Assembly: GCA_950097015.1 (NCBI GenBank)
Contig: CATNEN010000001.1
Location: 20,398,001 to 20,462,000, forward strand
Direction: 5' to 3'
Source: Macrostomum hystrix
Lineage: Eukaryota; Animalia; Platyhelminthes
DNA: 64,000 nucleotides
Under the pieces are notes generated by a model that was not told where the DNA came from, did no database searches, and was given only the letters and a program-made list of their open reading frames with translations. Of this stretch, positions 12,666-24,526 are shown one piece after another (position 1 is the stretch's first letter; every line of letters starts with the position of its first letter). Both the position numbers and the translations under genes were made by a program.

Positions 12666-14200
12666 TAATGAATTGTTGCTTTAGCTAGGATTTAAGTGAA
12701 CATATTGCTTTGAAACTCTTATTGCAAAATTGGGAGATCATATTTGATATCAAAAGTTACAACTTTGTCAGGCTGACTTTGGATTTTGGAAGAAAAAAAG
12801 CGAATAAAACTTTGACACTGACACTTCATTTTAGCCCAGCCTTCTTTAAGCAGACAGGCTGGAATAGCGTGAATTTTCAAGGAATTTTTGTACAAATGCA
12901 GAAAACCACAAAATTAATATTTGTATTATTTTTTTAACTTCTTCAGACCGCAAATAGCGTTTTGCATTCCACGGACCAATAGGCTCTTACGAGTGTATGA
13001 GCACAAATATCCTTAATTACAGGTCAGATCAGATTACAGAAAGAGGCATCAGGGGCAAAATAAGACAAATCAGTAAACTTTAACTGCTCTAACGTGTGCG
13101 TTAATAAGCGTTACTTTTCATCCAGTCGCGTTAAAAAACTAACGGAAGTTGATTTTTCAAGAAACTTTTAAACGATAGACTTTAGCACAAAATGATCGAC
13201 AATATATTCAGCAGCGAATACCTGAGAAAGTAAAGGCATGACGCGAAAATATGGGCCATTGTGCTGATACACAATCAACTGGGCCATTGTTAGATGGGGT
13301 TTGGGAATCAGATTGAGAAAAGGCATTTTGTAATATATTAAATGTTTACAAAACCTTCGTAACTACATGCTACTGTAAGTAGTGTTGAAAATATATGACA
13401 GGTGAAAAAGCAAATCAAAAATGATGATTCGAGCATCAAGCCAGCGCGACTAGGAAAAAACTCAATAAATGTGATAAATGTTTGTACATAAACATACAGT
13501 TTCATTAATATGTACAATGTTCAAATTAAAAGCGCATTGCTACTACTCATATAACCAGCAAGAACAGTAGTAAAAATATGTTATGAAAGGGGAACATTTA
13601 TCAAAGGGGATCAAATACTTTAATGTCTGCAACTACTTAGTGAACAGTGGTCAAATCTATATGAGCATACACAATTAAATGGTGAACTAATTATAATATG
13701 GTAGCAATAAACTAGCACATTAGATCAAAATCGATATTTGAAAGCGCAGAAACGAATTGAAAATTATAACAAAGCTCCTCGGTGAGCGCATCCTAACTCA
13801 CCATAAAGCCTACTTTGAATAACAAAAGTGATCACTTAAGGTGTGACAAAAAATAGAATAAAGTCTTATAATTAACGAATAAAAAAACAACTGCGTCTAT
13901 TGTTTCTGAGTTCGATTAAAAATCCACACTTAAATTCAGACTAAAAGAACAGGTTGCTAAATAACAGACCTTAAATTGCCATAAAAACTAATATTTACTT
14001 TGAAACAACAGTAGAAGGAACAAGTGGGTATCTCAAATACCCACTGCCTTCTTCACGACAGCTCCCAAACCGAATGACCGAAAGAAATTTAGTATTCAGG
14101 ACTTTCATGGCGATAGGTTTAGTATTTTTGGAGATACAAAAAATATGCTCATGTGAAATCCCTCCCGGTCTACTGTTAAACGCTCAACTTTTCAAGCTAG

Positions 14201-14307
14201 CTAACATCTCAGCAGGGCTGCAGTGAGCAACCCTAGGGCATAGGCAGCCACTAGCTTGACATGATGTGACACGCTGAGGCTGGTCATATAGTCCACAAAC
14301 CACCATA

Positions 14308-14342
<35 letters not shown>

Positions 14343-15550
14343 AGATTCTGCTTAGCGGAGTCGCCAGTGTCCGAGTGCAGCGGCATAGACAGCAGGCCGA
14401 TGCAGACAGCGGCTAGAGTTAAAGTCACGCCGATTGGCAGAGACCCCGGCGAGACCACCACACCGGAGGCTGCTGTCGAGGAAGGCGAGTCGAACCGGCG
14501 CTGCTGGCCGGATGACAGCGACGACCCGCCGACGGCTGCGCCGGAGCCCAACGGCTCGGCAAAGCTGCCGGTGCTTGGCGCAGCTGTTGAAGAAGATTCG
14601 TCTAGTCTTAGAACGCATTCGACATCGCGATAGCCGATGAAGGAGCCGCCGCCGCCTCCTGGCTGATTTTGCAGCTGGACTCGAATTCGGTGCTTGGCTA
14701 CAGGGACATTGTCGCTCAGGCTACGAAAGTCTTGGGCGCGAATCACACTAAATTTTTGGATTGGCGAATGTGGATGTTAAGGGCAGCGTTATAGAAATAC
14801 AGGTTAATATTATTAATAATAATTGCAGGATTGCTGCGGGCAATGGCACATCATTTGGTGGCACTAGACCCGCAGCCAGCGAGGAGGCAATTCTGCCCAT
14901 TTCGCTGACTCCTGAGCACACACGCACACTAATACTGTACGCAGGCATTCGCTCACACAGGTGTGTACATCTGCTCTTACTATCACATCGTCAGGCCGTG
15001 TACACTTTCACTGTGCCTTGAAGCCTCTAAAACATTCTATCCACGGCTGCGCACCAAATGAATGTGACCTCGCAGCGAAATCGAGCTCAGAGACCTTGGT
15101 GCGAGAAGAGAATGCGGTAGACCACTCTGCCACTCAACCATCCGACCTTCAGGGTAGCGGTTGCCTAACTAGAGATCTTCAGTGAGTGGTACGTTAGAGT
15201 TATTCAAGCAAGTAGTAAATAAATATTTTAGGGGATATGTTGACTAGGGGATATTTTAGGAAACAGGGTCTCCTTAAAATATGAATACAATCAGCGAAAT
15301 AGTAACAATGAAGAAATAGCAAGTCAACTTACACATCCACACAGCACTGGGGATTAATGACCCCCTTGGTCTCTCTGACCAAATAGAGATTAGGATGAGT
15401 GGCTAGAATATTATAGGCCACAGTGCAATTGTAAATGTTGTAGATAGTCAACACCTGTTTGTGAGTGTTAGCTAACTTAGCAACAAACTCCAACTTTTGT
15501 GATGAGACAAACACAGGATAGTCCTTTGGTTTGTTGCTACTGCCTTTCAT
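14201..15550 (-). CDS. MOSPD1: Motile sperm domain-containing protein 1-like (MSP domain plus two C-terminal TM helices), 254 aa; exons 15550-15333, 14747-14201
   Basis: PVFV..HKQVLTIYN..PQCCVDV|VIR and the C-terminal KLVAAYALGLLTAALLRC match the MOSPD1 family (HKQVLTLYN, PQCCVDIVIRH, QKLVAAYILGLITMAILRT). The GTAAGT donor and TTTAG acceptor join in frame (phase 2). Confidence 0.93.
14808..15140 (-). mobile_element. tRNA-derived SINE, copy 1 (in the MOSPD1 intron)
   Basis: A-box TGGCAGAGTGG, B-box-like GAGCTCGATTTC, shared body (CTCAGGAGTCAGCGAAATGGGCAGA...GCTGCGGGTCTAGTG) and (ATT)n tail. Confidence 0.8.
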
Positions 15551-16114
15551 TCAGATCTGTGGGAGAACAAATATAAAAAACTGTAATTAAATATAGCACT
15601 ATGTTCAACCCATCAATAATAATATGAATAGCTACTAGGTGTAGGTACACACAAAAATTATTATTAATATTTGTCAATTTAAATTTAACAAATGAGCTAG
15701 CTTATACATCTTGTAGTATGATAGACTAGGTTTTTTAAAACATAGAGTTCTATATAGATGTAGTTGAAACAGAATTACTATTTCAGTTTAGTATAGCATA
15801 GACTATATAGAGATAGACTATATAGACTAGATAGACTACATAGACTATATAGACTATAGCACTTAATAATGATAGGAATTGGAAGTTAATCATAGCCAGT
15901 ATTTGTATAGCTGAATCAAAATATTTATACTGCTCTAAGCAAAAAAACTGAAAAAATTGTTTTGGATTTTTGAGCAATAAAGATTGTTGCTTAAATGAAA
16001 CAGCATTACTTCAGTTTACAATCCCTGAGATCTCTGAAGTGACAATCCTCTCAAAAGAAAGATACAAAAGTAAAAGTGTGTTTTTAATCACACTCAATAT
16101 AAAAGTTGTTAAAC

Positions 16115-16660
16115 ATATGTCTACTTTAATTTACAATCATTTAAGTAGCAGAAATACATGATAATGATTGTGAACCAGAGGTAAGGGGTTTACTCTGAGA
16201 AGTGGCAGTAATAGAATATAATCTATCTAAATATACAATCTTTGGTTTACAATAATTTAAATGGTAAGAATACAGGTGAATAATTATAAACTGAAGCCAG
16301 TGAAGGTAAGGGGTTAGTGGAAACTGCAAGAGCTGATACATCCACATAGGATAGATAGATAATATGGCTATCCTGATTCCTATAGAACCATTTGTAAAAT
16401 TATTTTTTGGCTTAAATTTAATTCTTTTCTATTTGCAGAGTTCAAAAATATGAAACACATATTTTTATTAAGCTTAAACACAATTAAGCAGAAAAAATAA
16501 TTTAACAAACGGTTCTATAGGATAGCTGATGAGACAAATTAATTACTATACTATAGGGCATCTCCACTATCCCCTTCAGCTTTGTTTCACAATCATTTAC
16601 ATATATTTCTGTCATTGAAATGATTTTAAACCAAATTGTATAGTGGATATATAAGATTCT
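16115..16660. mobile_element. Foldback/MITE-like element with long imperfect inverted arms
   Basis: 16378-16415 (TCCTATAGAACCATTTGTAAAATTATTTTT..GCTTAA) is the reverse complement of about 16485-16522. The outer arm at about 16560-16650 is the reverse complement of blocks at about 16130-16195 and 16225-16325. Confidence 0.55.
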
Positions 16661-17995
16661 TATCATAGAACACTAATTGACACAAAATGAAGCAATTAAG
16701 CATAGTTTATAAATTTTAGCTTCCTTCAAGCAAGCCCTCTAAGTGATAATATGGAAACAAAAATAGGGATTATGAACCAAAATACTGGTGAAAAAAATTG
16801 TAAACTAAAGAAATGCCAGTGAAACTTTATAACAACATAAAATTGGTGGGTATGCTATCTTTATTAAAAATTTAGATAGAGATATGGGATTTTATTACAG
16901 TTGAACCATTATTTACAAAAATAAATATTGCCAACAAAGAGTCTAAATACTTCAGATGTTTTATTCTACTACTTTTAATTAAAAACATAGACTAGGGAAT
17001 TGAGTATTTTACTCAAAAACTCAAGTTTGTGAAAACTGTTTTTGTTCGTTCTCTAATAAAACTGAGGCTTTAATTATTCAAAACATTCCTAAGCACTGAC
17101 TAATCGGACCGAAGGGGTTTTCAATCAGCTGTTTTGTAAGACCGTTAAAACAATATCTAAGTAGCTAGCCTTAACAAATACAACTTAGAGGCAGTTGAAG
17201 AATAATTATCAGGAACAAAAAACACCTGTAGCACAATAATACTATTTAATAACCAATAACTTTCAAGTAGTTAGTGTCATTCCATCTGTTTGACTTACTA
17301 AGATAAAATTATTTTTATCACGTTCGCATCTTTGCTTTTGTAAATCAAGGTCAAAACAATAGGCGGGATTTCGAAAGAATATAGCTTCAAAGATATGTTT
17401 TTTTACTTATCAGATAAACTAATATTTTGCTATGCTGTTATAGTCTGCCACTCTGCCGACTCGTTATGTATTTTCTAATTAATTTGGTTTGTAACGAATT
17501 AAATGTACTCAGCTAGTATGCGTTAATCAAAAGATTTTATTTTGTTCGATCTTTATATGACTATATAGAATAGACAGACATTTAGACACAGATAGATAAA
17601 AACCGATAGAAAACAATACATACAGATTCGAGTCACTTTTAAAACTGAAATTATAGTGACTATACTATAGTGACATGTAAGCTTATGAAACTATTGCACC
17701 ATTATGCGGCCAATCTGGTTTATGCTTAGTGAAATGCAAAGTGAAACAAAAACACGGGCTTTGGTTTTCTTACATTAAATTCAGTTGTTTCTATCTAGTC
17801 TATTGATAGAATGATAGACTTCATTTTTATCGAGTTTGTAGATTGAAAGTTTAGTTCATCTTAAGTTACCTAAACTTATGATATTATCCAAATAAACTTG
17901 TCATTAATGTAAAATAAAAAAATAAAGAAAAAAGTACGAAGCCTCTATTTTTAGACCTTAAAGATTTAAGAACCTCCTATTTTTTCAGAATCATC

Positions 17996-20900
17996 ATGAT
18001 TAACTTCCAAAACAAAACGACAAAGCAGTAAGTCGTTAATTCGTTCTTTTGAGCAAATTAGAGTTTGCTCGTACTCTGAAAAAAGATTACTTTTCCTCTT
18101 TACTCTTATTAAAATGTGAGCCTCACAAAGCCATTTTTCAAATGCACCTACTTAGGGCGCTTCTGCAGCAGCAGACCAAGCATACCACGAAGCAGATGGA
18201 AGAGGAGACAAAAAAGATGGAGGTTCGACTGCAGGAGCTCAAAATGGCCGTTGAGCACGAGCGACAACAGAGAACGTGAGTTGGCAGAGCAGCATTAAAA
18301 ATGACATTATTAATGAGGTACTCGTACAATTGACTTTATTTTCAATTACCGAAAAACCCTCGTCCCTTAGGCAAAGCGGCAATCCGGGCTTTTGGTCACG
18401 TGGCCAGGCCGGCGCCCTAACAAACTACAAGTCAGTGAGCGCTGGGGCCAAGAAGCCAGTTCCTCCTGCCGCCGGCCCGCCGGTGAGTAGTTCTCAGATT
18501 CTCTGCATCGTTACCCTAAAGGCTATTCGCTCCATACTCTCTCTCTAATGTCTCTTCACTCTCAATAATCTCTCCCTACCATTTCCCAAATCTCTCCCTA
18601 CCGTTTCTCTAGTCTCTCCCAACGATTTCCATAATCTCTCCCTACCGTTTCTCTACTCTCTCCCAACGATTTCCATAATCTCTCCCTACCGTTTCCCCAA
18701 TCACTCCCTACCGTTTCCCTAATATTTCCCTACGATTTCCCTCATCTCTCCCTACAATCTCAATGATATTTCAGCCAATCGGCGCTGGCATGCGCAAGGT
18801 GAAGCTGATCAAAGACGAGCCGCTGAACCTGCCAGACAGAGCCACAGCCGCCGCCGCCATCCCAGGCACACTGGCTCACCTGGCCAGCCGGGGAGCTGCC
18901 ATAGATGAGTCGCCAACCCCGACGGGCCGACGTCAGATTGGAGGTCGCGGTCGCGGCGGTGGTGGCGGTCGTGGCGGCGGCGGCGGAGCTCCGTGCTGCG
19001 GCCAGTGCGAAGATCGCGTGGCGGCCGTCCTGTGCCCCGAATGCGCCGAAGAGTACTGCGCCAGGTGCTTCGCAGCCTTCCACCTGAAGGGCGCTCTCAG
19101 GAAGCATCGATCTCTGCCGCTGTCAGCTGTAAGTGCCAAGTCTAACTGTTTTGCAGTGTCTAACAGGTGATTTCTATGTCTAACAGGGACTATTGTTTCT
19201 AACAGGTACAATAATCACCTTGTGTCTAACAGGTAATTATTGCATCTAACAGGGGATTATTAAGTCCAACAGGGGATGACCGTGTCTAACAGGTGATGAC
19301 TGTATCTAACAGGTTATGACTGTGTCTAACAGGTAGATTAGTGTGCCTAACAGGTGATGACTGTGTCTAACAGGTGATGACTGTGTCTAACAGGTAGATT
19401 AGTGTGCCTAACAGGGGATTGCTGTGTCTAATAGGTTCATTAGTGTGTCTAAGAGGTGATTACCGTCGCCGCAATTAGTGAATTCTACTTTAAACTGATA
19501 AGAAATCGATTTGGACAAAAAATCTCAATGCGCTTTTCATTAAGTCAATCTTTAAATCCAATCTGGGCCGCACAGGTGACGACTCCGCGTCAGTCAATGG
19601 GGCAGAGCTTCTCGAATGCGACCGACGCAACCGGAGCCGCTCCGCCAGCCGGAGGTGGTCGAGTCGGCGGCGGCGGCGTCTTTGAAGACACCAGCCGAGA
19701 GACTCGCCGTAGCATGGTGCGCCAACTGCTGCAGGGATCCGAGGACAACGACCAGCAGCTAGCAGCGGCTGGTGCCGGCGGCGCCCTCCTGACTGGCGAG
19801 GTCGACGAGCGCCAGAACGCCGAGGAGTTTCGTCGAGCTCTCGCCGAATGGCGCTCAGGCGTTGACGCCGGCCAGCAGGCGACCGCGGCGAGGAGGAAGC
19901 CAGTTACCCAGAAGCAGCAGCAGCAGCAGCGACGGCCAGCTCCACAGAAGCAGCAGACTTCCAGCCACGGCACCGGGACGGACGACGACGGTGGTCGAAT
20001 GTCGGCTCGCTTGGAGATTAAGTTCACATCGTCTTTGAGTTACGCGGAGCAGCTGCTGCTGCAGAAGCACCGTCGGGCAGATGTCGGCAAGATGCCCGGC
20101 TACCAGGGCGGAGGCTCCAGTGGCGCCGGCGCTGAAAGCAGAGGCAGCGGAGTGCTGGAGGAGATCCGCGGCATGCAGAGACAGCAGAAGGAGCTGGCGA
20201 CACCGCGGGACTCAGATCGCGACCTATTTGAATCGCTGCCTTCTAGGGTGAGAGCGTTCTCGGAACTGTTGGAGGAGGCGCAGCTGCGAGAAGAATCATA
20301 AGTTTGAATCGTAGCTGGAATCGAAGCAAGAGCTGGAATCGACGCCGGAGCTGGAATCGTAGAAGGAGCTGGAATCGCAGGAGCTAGAATCGTAGCAGGA
20401 GCTAGAATCGTAGCAGGGACTGGAATCGTAGCAGGGACTGGAATCGTAGCAGGAGATAGAGTCGTAGCAGGGACTGGAATGGTAGCAGGAGTTAGATTCG
20501 TTGCACGAGCTGAAATCATTGCTGGAGCTGGAATCGTAGCTGGAGCTGGAATCTTAGCAGGAGCTAGAATCGAAGCAAGGACTGGAATCGTAGCAGGAGA
20601 TGGAATCGCAGCAGGGACTGGAATCGTAGCTGGAATCGAAGCAAGAGCTGGAATCGACGCCGGAGCCGGAATCGTAGAAGTAGCTGGAATCACAGGAGCT
20701 GGAATCGTAGCAGGAACTGGAATCGTAGCAGGAGCTAGAATCGTAGCTGGAGCTGGAATCGTAGTAGGAACTGGAATCGTAGCAGAAGCTAGAATTGAAG
20801 CATAATCAGGAGGAGCCGAACATGCACAAGTAGTATTGGAAGCGTTGTTTACTAACAGTTTGGGAATATCTACAAAATATCCACTGCCCCATTTCCATCA

Positions 20901-22627
20901 GACGAATCGAGCCAAAATCGACGACCTCTTCCCGGCAGCTGAGCCGAAGGTCGAAGAGGACGCCGAGACAGAAGTCGCCGAGCAGGAAACCCCGAGGCCG
21001 ACACAAACCCCAACCGCCTCTCGTCCGGGCACGGCGAGAAGTCAGAAGCAAAAACAGGTCGGCCTCGAATGGCAGCCGAAGCAGCGTCCGCGAACTCCGG
21101 GTTCAGCGAGGGCATTAGCGACGCCGCGTCAGCACCGACTAACCGCGGCTGCCGCCGGTGGTCTGACGGGGGTTCTAGCTCGTCAGTCGGCGTTGACTTC
21201 AGCGATGGAGGTTTCCGACCTCAGCTTCCTCATGATGGGGGTTAATGCCGGCTCCACTAAGGGCAGTTCAACAGCTCGTCGTCAAGGCAACGCTGTAGCG
21301 CCGTGGAGCTCTGGCGACAGTCGGCCCTCGTCGGCGGCTTCTTCGCGACCATCCAGCGCGCTTAGCAACCGTTTCTACGCGCTGAGTGGTCGGCAGTCGT
21401 GGCGGCCGGATGCTAGTTTGCGCGGCGCCGGACTCGACGCGGAGCAGTTGCTAAGGACGCGAGCCGAGGCCGATCGGTTGCTAATGACAACAACAGCCGG
21501 GCAGAGGCCGGACAGCGGCCGCATGAGGCTGGAGGACGTCGAGATCGAGGCGGAGGCGCGAGTCCTAGCTGCCATGCCTCTGAGCCGGCCCGTCAGCGCC
21601 AGGTCAGAGCGGCAACGGCTCAGAGCTTCAGCAGCTGCGGTGGCGTCCGCTCAGAGGCGCCTAGTCAACGGAGCTGGCTCCTCCGCGGAGCTCGACGTGA
21701 CGGCCGACTATCTTCAGGACGATGTCGAGCATCTGACCAGGCTGGCCATCGAATTGGCAGCCGAAGAGGAAGGCAATGGTGAGTGAGACTAAGAGACTAG
21801 TAAAGTCGGAGATGATGCAGGCACATTCGGATGACTTGCTGATAAAGTTTGAAGGCCTGGCAAGGCCGCCCTGAGGCACAGTGCAAAATTCGTGTTTAAG
21901 TGGTGTATGAAACACACTGGCTCTTAAGGGAATATCTCGATGATCTGAAGAAGCCTGGCAACTCGATTCTTGGTTCAGAAGACGCGCAGCACAAAGTTGG
22001 CCCGTGTTCTTGAGTTCATGTCGGAAGGCGGGGTCGGTGGCAGAGCGGTTAACACCAAGGTCTCTGAGCTCGATTACGCGGCGAGGCCACATTCATTTAG
22101 GGCGCAGCCGCCGCGGAGAGAAGGCTTGGGGGCAGATGAGAAAGTCAGGGCAGATGTACACGCCTGTGTGTACTTTCTGGCTGCGGGTCTAGTGTCACCA
22201 ATTGATGTGCCATTGCCCGCAGCCCTCCTGAAATTATTTTTAATATTATGTTCTGCCATCCTTGTGGACTTCTAGGCCATAGTCCTTGGTCACCAGCAGC
22301 AACTCTCTTTGTATATATGGTTCGCTAAATACAGGTTTGGACCAGAAACCTGTTTTAACAATCGAATCCAATTTCTCAGGCTCCAAAGCTGACGAGGCCT
22401 CGCAGCCATCCGTACCGAGTCTAATTGGTCGCGAACTGACTCAAGAAGACAAAGAGAGGTGAGAGTTGATTTAGTTCAGCTTTGACAGGTTCGCTTGAGT
22501 GGCAGATTCGTGATTGATCAAATACTCCAAATTCAACAGGCAACTCCAGGAGTGGGACGATACCGACATGGAGCGAATGGACACGGAACGTTGTAACGAC
22601 ATGGACGAGGTGCGGCAGCTGCACTGA
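17996..22627 (+). CDS. ZBBX: Zinc finger B-box domain-containing protein, about 777 aa; exons 17996-18027, 18156-18275, 18371-18482, 18775-19128, 19576-20247, 20902-21778, 22380-22458, 22540-22627
   Basis: N-terminal coil EEETKKMEVRLQELK and B-box CGQCEDRVAAVLCPECAEEYCARCFAAFHLKGALRKH. ZBBX-type blocks LLTGEVDERQNAEEFRRALAEWRSG and IKFTSSLSYAEQLLLQKHRR. All junctions are GT-AG and phase-compatible (total 2334 nt). Confidence 0.85.
18565..18760. repeat. Degenerate ~21-bp pyrimidine-rich repeat (TCTCTCCCTACCGTTTCC..) in ZBBX intron 3
   Basis: Tandem degenerate copies. Confidence 0.8.
19140..19458. repeat. ~20-bp minisatellite with core TGTCTAACAGGT in ZBBX intron 4
   Basis: Repeated (G)TGTCTAACAGGTGATGACT-like units. 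Confidence 0.85.
20305..20802. repeat. 18-bp minisatellite (GCTGGAATCGTAGCAGGA)n in ZBBX intron 5
   Basis: Tandem degenerate copies; source of the PAPATI / AGIVAG ORFs. Confidence 0.9.
22031..22248 (+). mobile_element. tRNA-derived SINE, copy 2 (internally deleted, in ZBBX intron 6)
   Basis: GGTGGCAGAGCGGTTAAC..GAGCTCGATTAC..GAGAGAAGGCTTGGGGGC..CTGGCTGCGGGTCTAGTGTCACC..GCCCGCAGCCCTCCTG followed by an AT tail. Confidence 0.8.
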
Positions 22628-23986
22628 GAGCTCCGTTCCCAGAATAGTCACGTGACTTGCTAAATTGTTTCTTTTAACAGTACAATGACCACGGGGCCGT
22701 ATTTCAAATACCTGCTGCCTACTTCACGAATGATCGATTCTCGTGCAAATCGAACTTACTGTCAAAGCTGTCCGAGTCAGCATCGTCAAGATATTCAGCC
22801 ATTCATGTCGGAGACCCTGGTGAAATGATGAAATTTCGTGAGCAAAAAATAATGCCTATGTTGGTGCTTTTCCGCTACCAGACACCCTGACTAGAATCGT
22901 TGAATATCTAGACGATGCCGATGTTTTGTGATTCTAGAAGTTGATTAATCGGAAATGTGCCCTTTCTATTGTTAATAAGTTCACTAGACGGACGACTTTT
23001 TATTATACAAATTGGTTTAGTTTTACCCATTTTGTGTCCTTAATGTTTTGTTATAATTTTTTACTCTTTGTTCCTTACTCAATTAGTTTATACTCGAATA
23101 AGTAAGCTGTGTGATTCTGTGTATTGTCTGCAAAACATTTCTATCCTAAAGACTATCCTATGATTTTAAATTGCAAGCTACAATGAATATGATTCAGTTC
23201 CGACAAACTCGAACAGCTAGATAAAAAGCTAAATTTTCCTTTATCGCGACTTTTCAAGCAATTTTCTGTTTTAAAGAAAGTTTTTTTTTTAACTACAAGT
23301 TGTACTTTCAGACTGACCACTGTTTTACCTTCCCCTTTTAAAATAGAGGAACAAAGACCTAAACAATTATAGCCGATTTGTGTTAAAACACTCAATTTGC
23401 AAAGTAGATTAAAGTGATTTTGTTGCAGAATCCCGCGGTGCAAGTACCATAACTCGAGTAAGCTTTCTTATAATAATTAAACGGTTGCTTTCTAGATAAA
23501 TTTAAGGTGAACAGAAATCAGAAAATGATAAAACAGCTGCAACAGCAATTCTGTTTAAGCAGTGCGCAGACATTGTAGAAAATTATATTGCACTGCTAAG
23601 GGTGCAAGAGAAAAATCTAAACAAAGACTAGGGGGGGACACAAAACAAAGAACAAAACAACTGGGACAAGACAATACACGGGTTAGTAAGTTATAAATAA
23701 AATTACAAGAACACGCCTTATCACAGAGCACAATATGCTGGTGAATATAAAAACAGAACAGTGAGGTAAGCATGCGCTACTTGCTACTTAAACAAAAAGC
23801 GTGCTGAGTAGTAGGCATTGGGGCTTTGTCTATTTTATAGTGGACCTTAAAAGTTAAAAAAAGTTAAAATTCCATATTCACACACGAAAATCCGTGATTG
23901 CAGTGTCTGTGCAAAAAACTATAAAATAAAATTGCTGGAGAAAAAAGAGACCAGATAATAAGACTTTTTACACGAAAAAACTTATG

Positions 23987-24472
23987 GGGACAGGACCACA
24001 GCTGAACTGAGGACAGGACCACAGCTGAACTGAGGACAGGACCACAGCTGAACTGAGGACAGGACCACAGCTGAACTGAGGACAGGACCACAGCTGAACT
24101 GAGGACAGGACCACAGCTGAACTGAGGACAGGACCACAGCTGAACTGAGGACAGGACCACAGCTGAACTGAGGACAGGACCACAGCTGAACTGAGGACAG
24201 GACCACAGCTGAACTGAAGACAGGACCACAGCTGAACTGAGGACAGGACCACAGCTGAACTGAGGACAGGACCACAGCTGAACTGAGGACAGGACCACAG
24301 CTGAACTGAGGACAGGACCACAGCTGAACTGAGGACAGGACCACAGCTGAACTGAGGACAGGACCACAGCTGAACTGAGGACAGGACCACAGCTGAGCTG
24401 AGGACAGGACCACAGCTGAACTGAGGACAGGACCACAGCTGAACTGAGGACAGGACCACAGCTGAACTGGAC
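23987..24472. repeat. 23-bp minisatellite (GGACAGGACCACAGCTGAACTGA)n in the APP 3' UTR region
   Basis: About 21 almost perfect copies starting about 55 nt after the APP stop codon. Confidence 0.97.
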
Positions 24473-24526
24473 ACATGTGAGTGAAGGATGAGTTTCGCAA
24501 CGCTGTCAGATGTTTACAGAAAGGGC

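Noticed and set aside
15065-15140. Possible tRNA gene (A and B boxes)
   Set aside because: No complete cloverleaf; it continues into a shared body and (ATT)n tail, so it is a SINE head.
20100-20805. PAPATI-rich and AGIVAG-rich ORFs
   Set aside because: Translations of an 18-bp intronic array lying between phase-compatible ZBBX exons.
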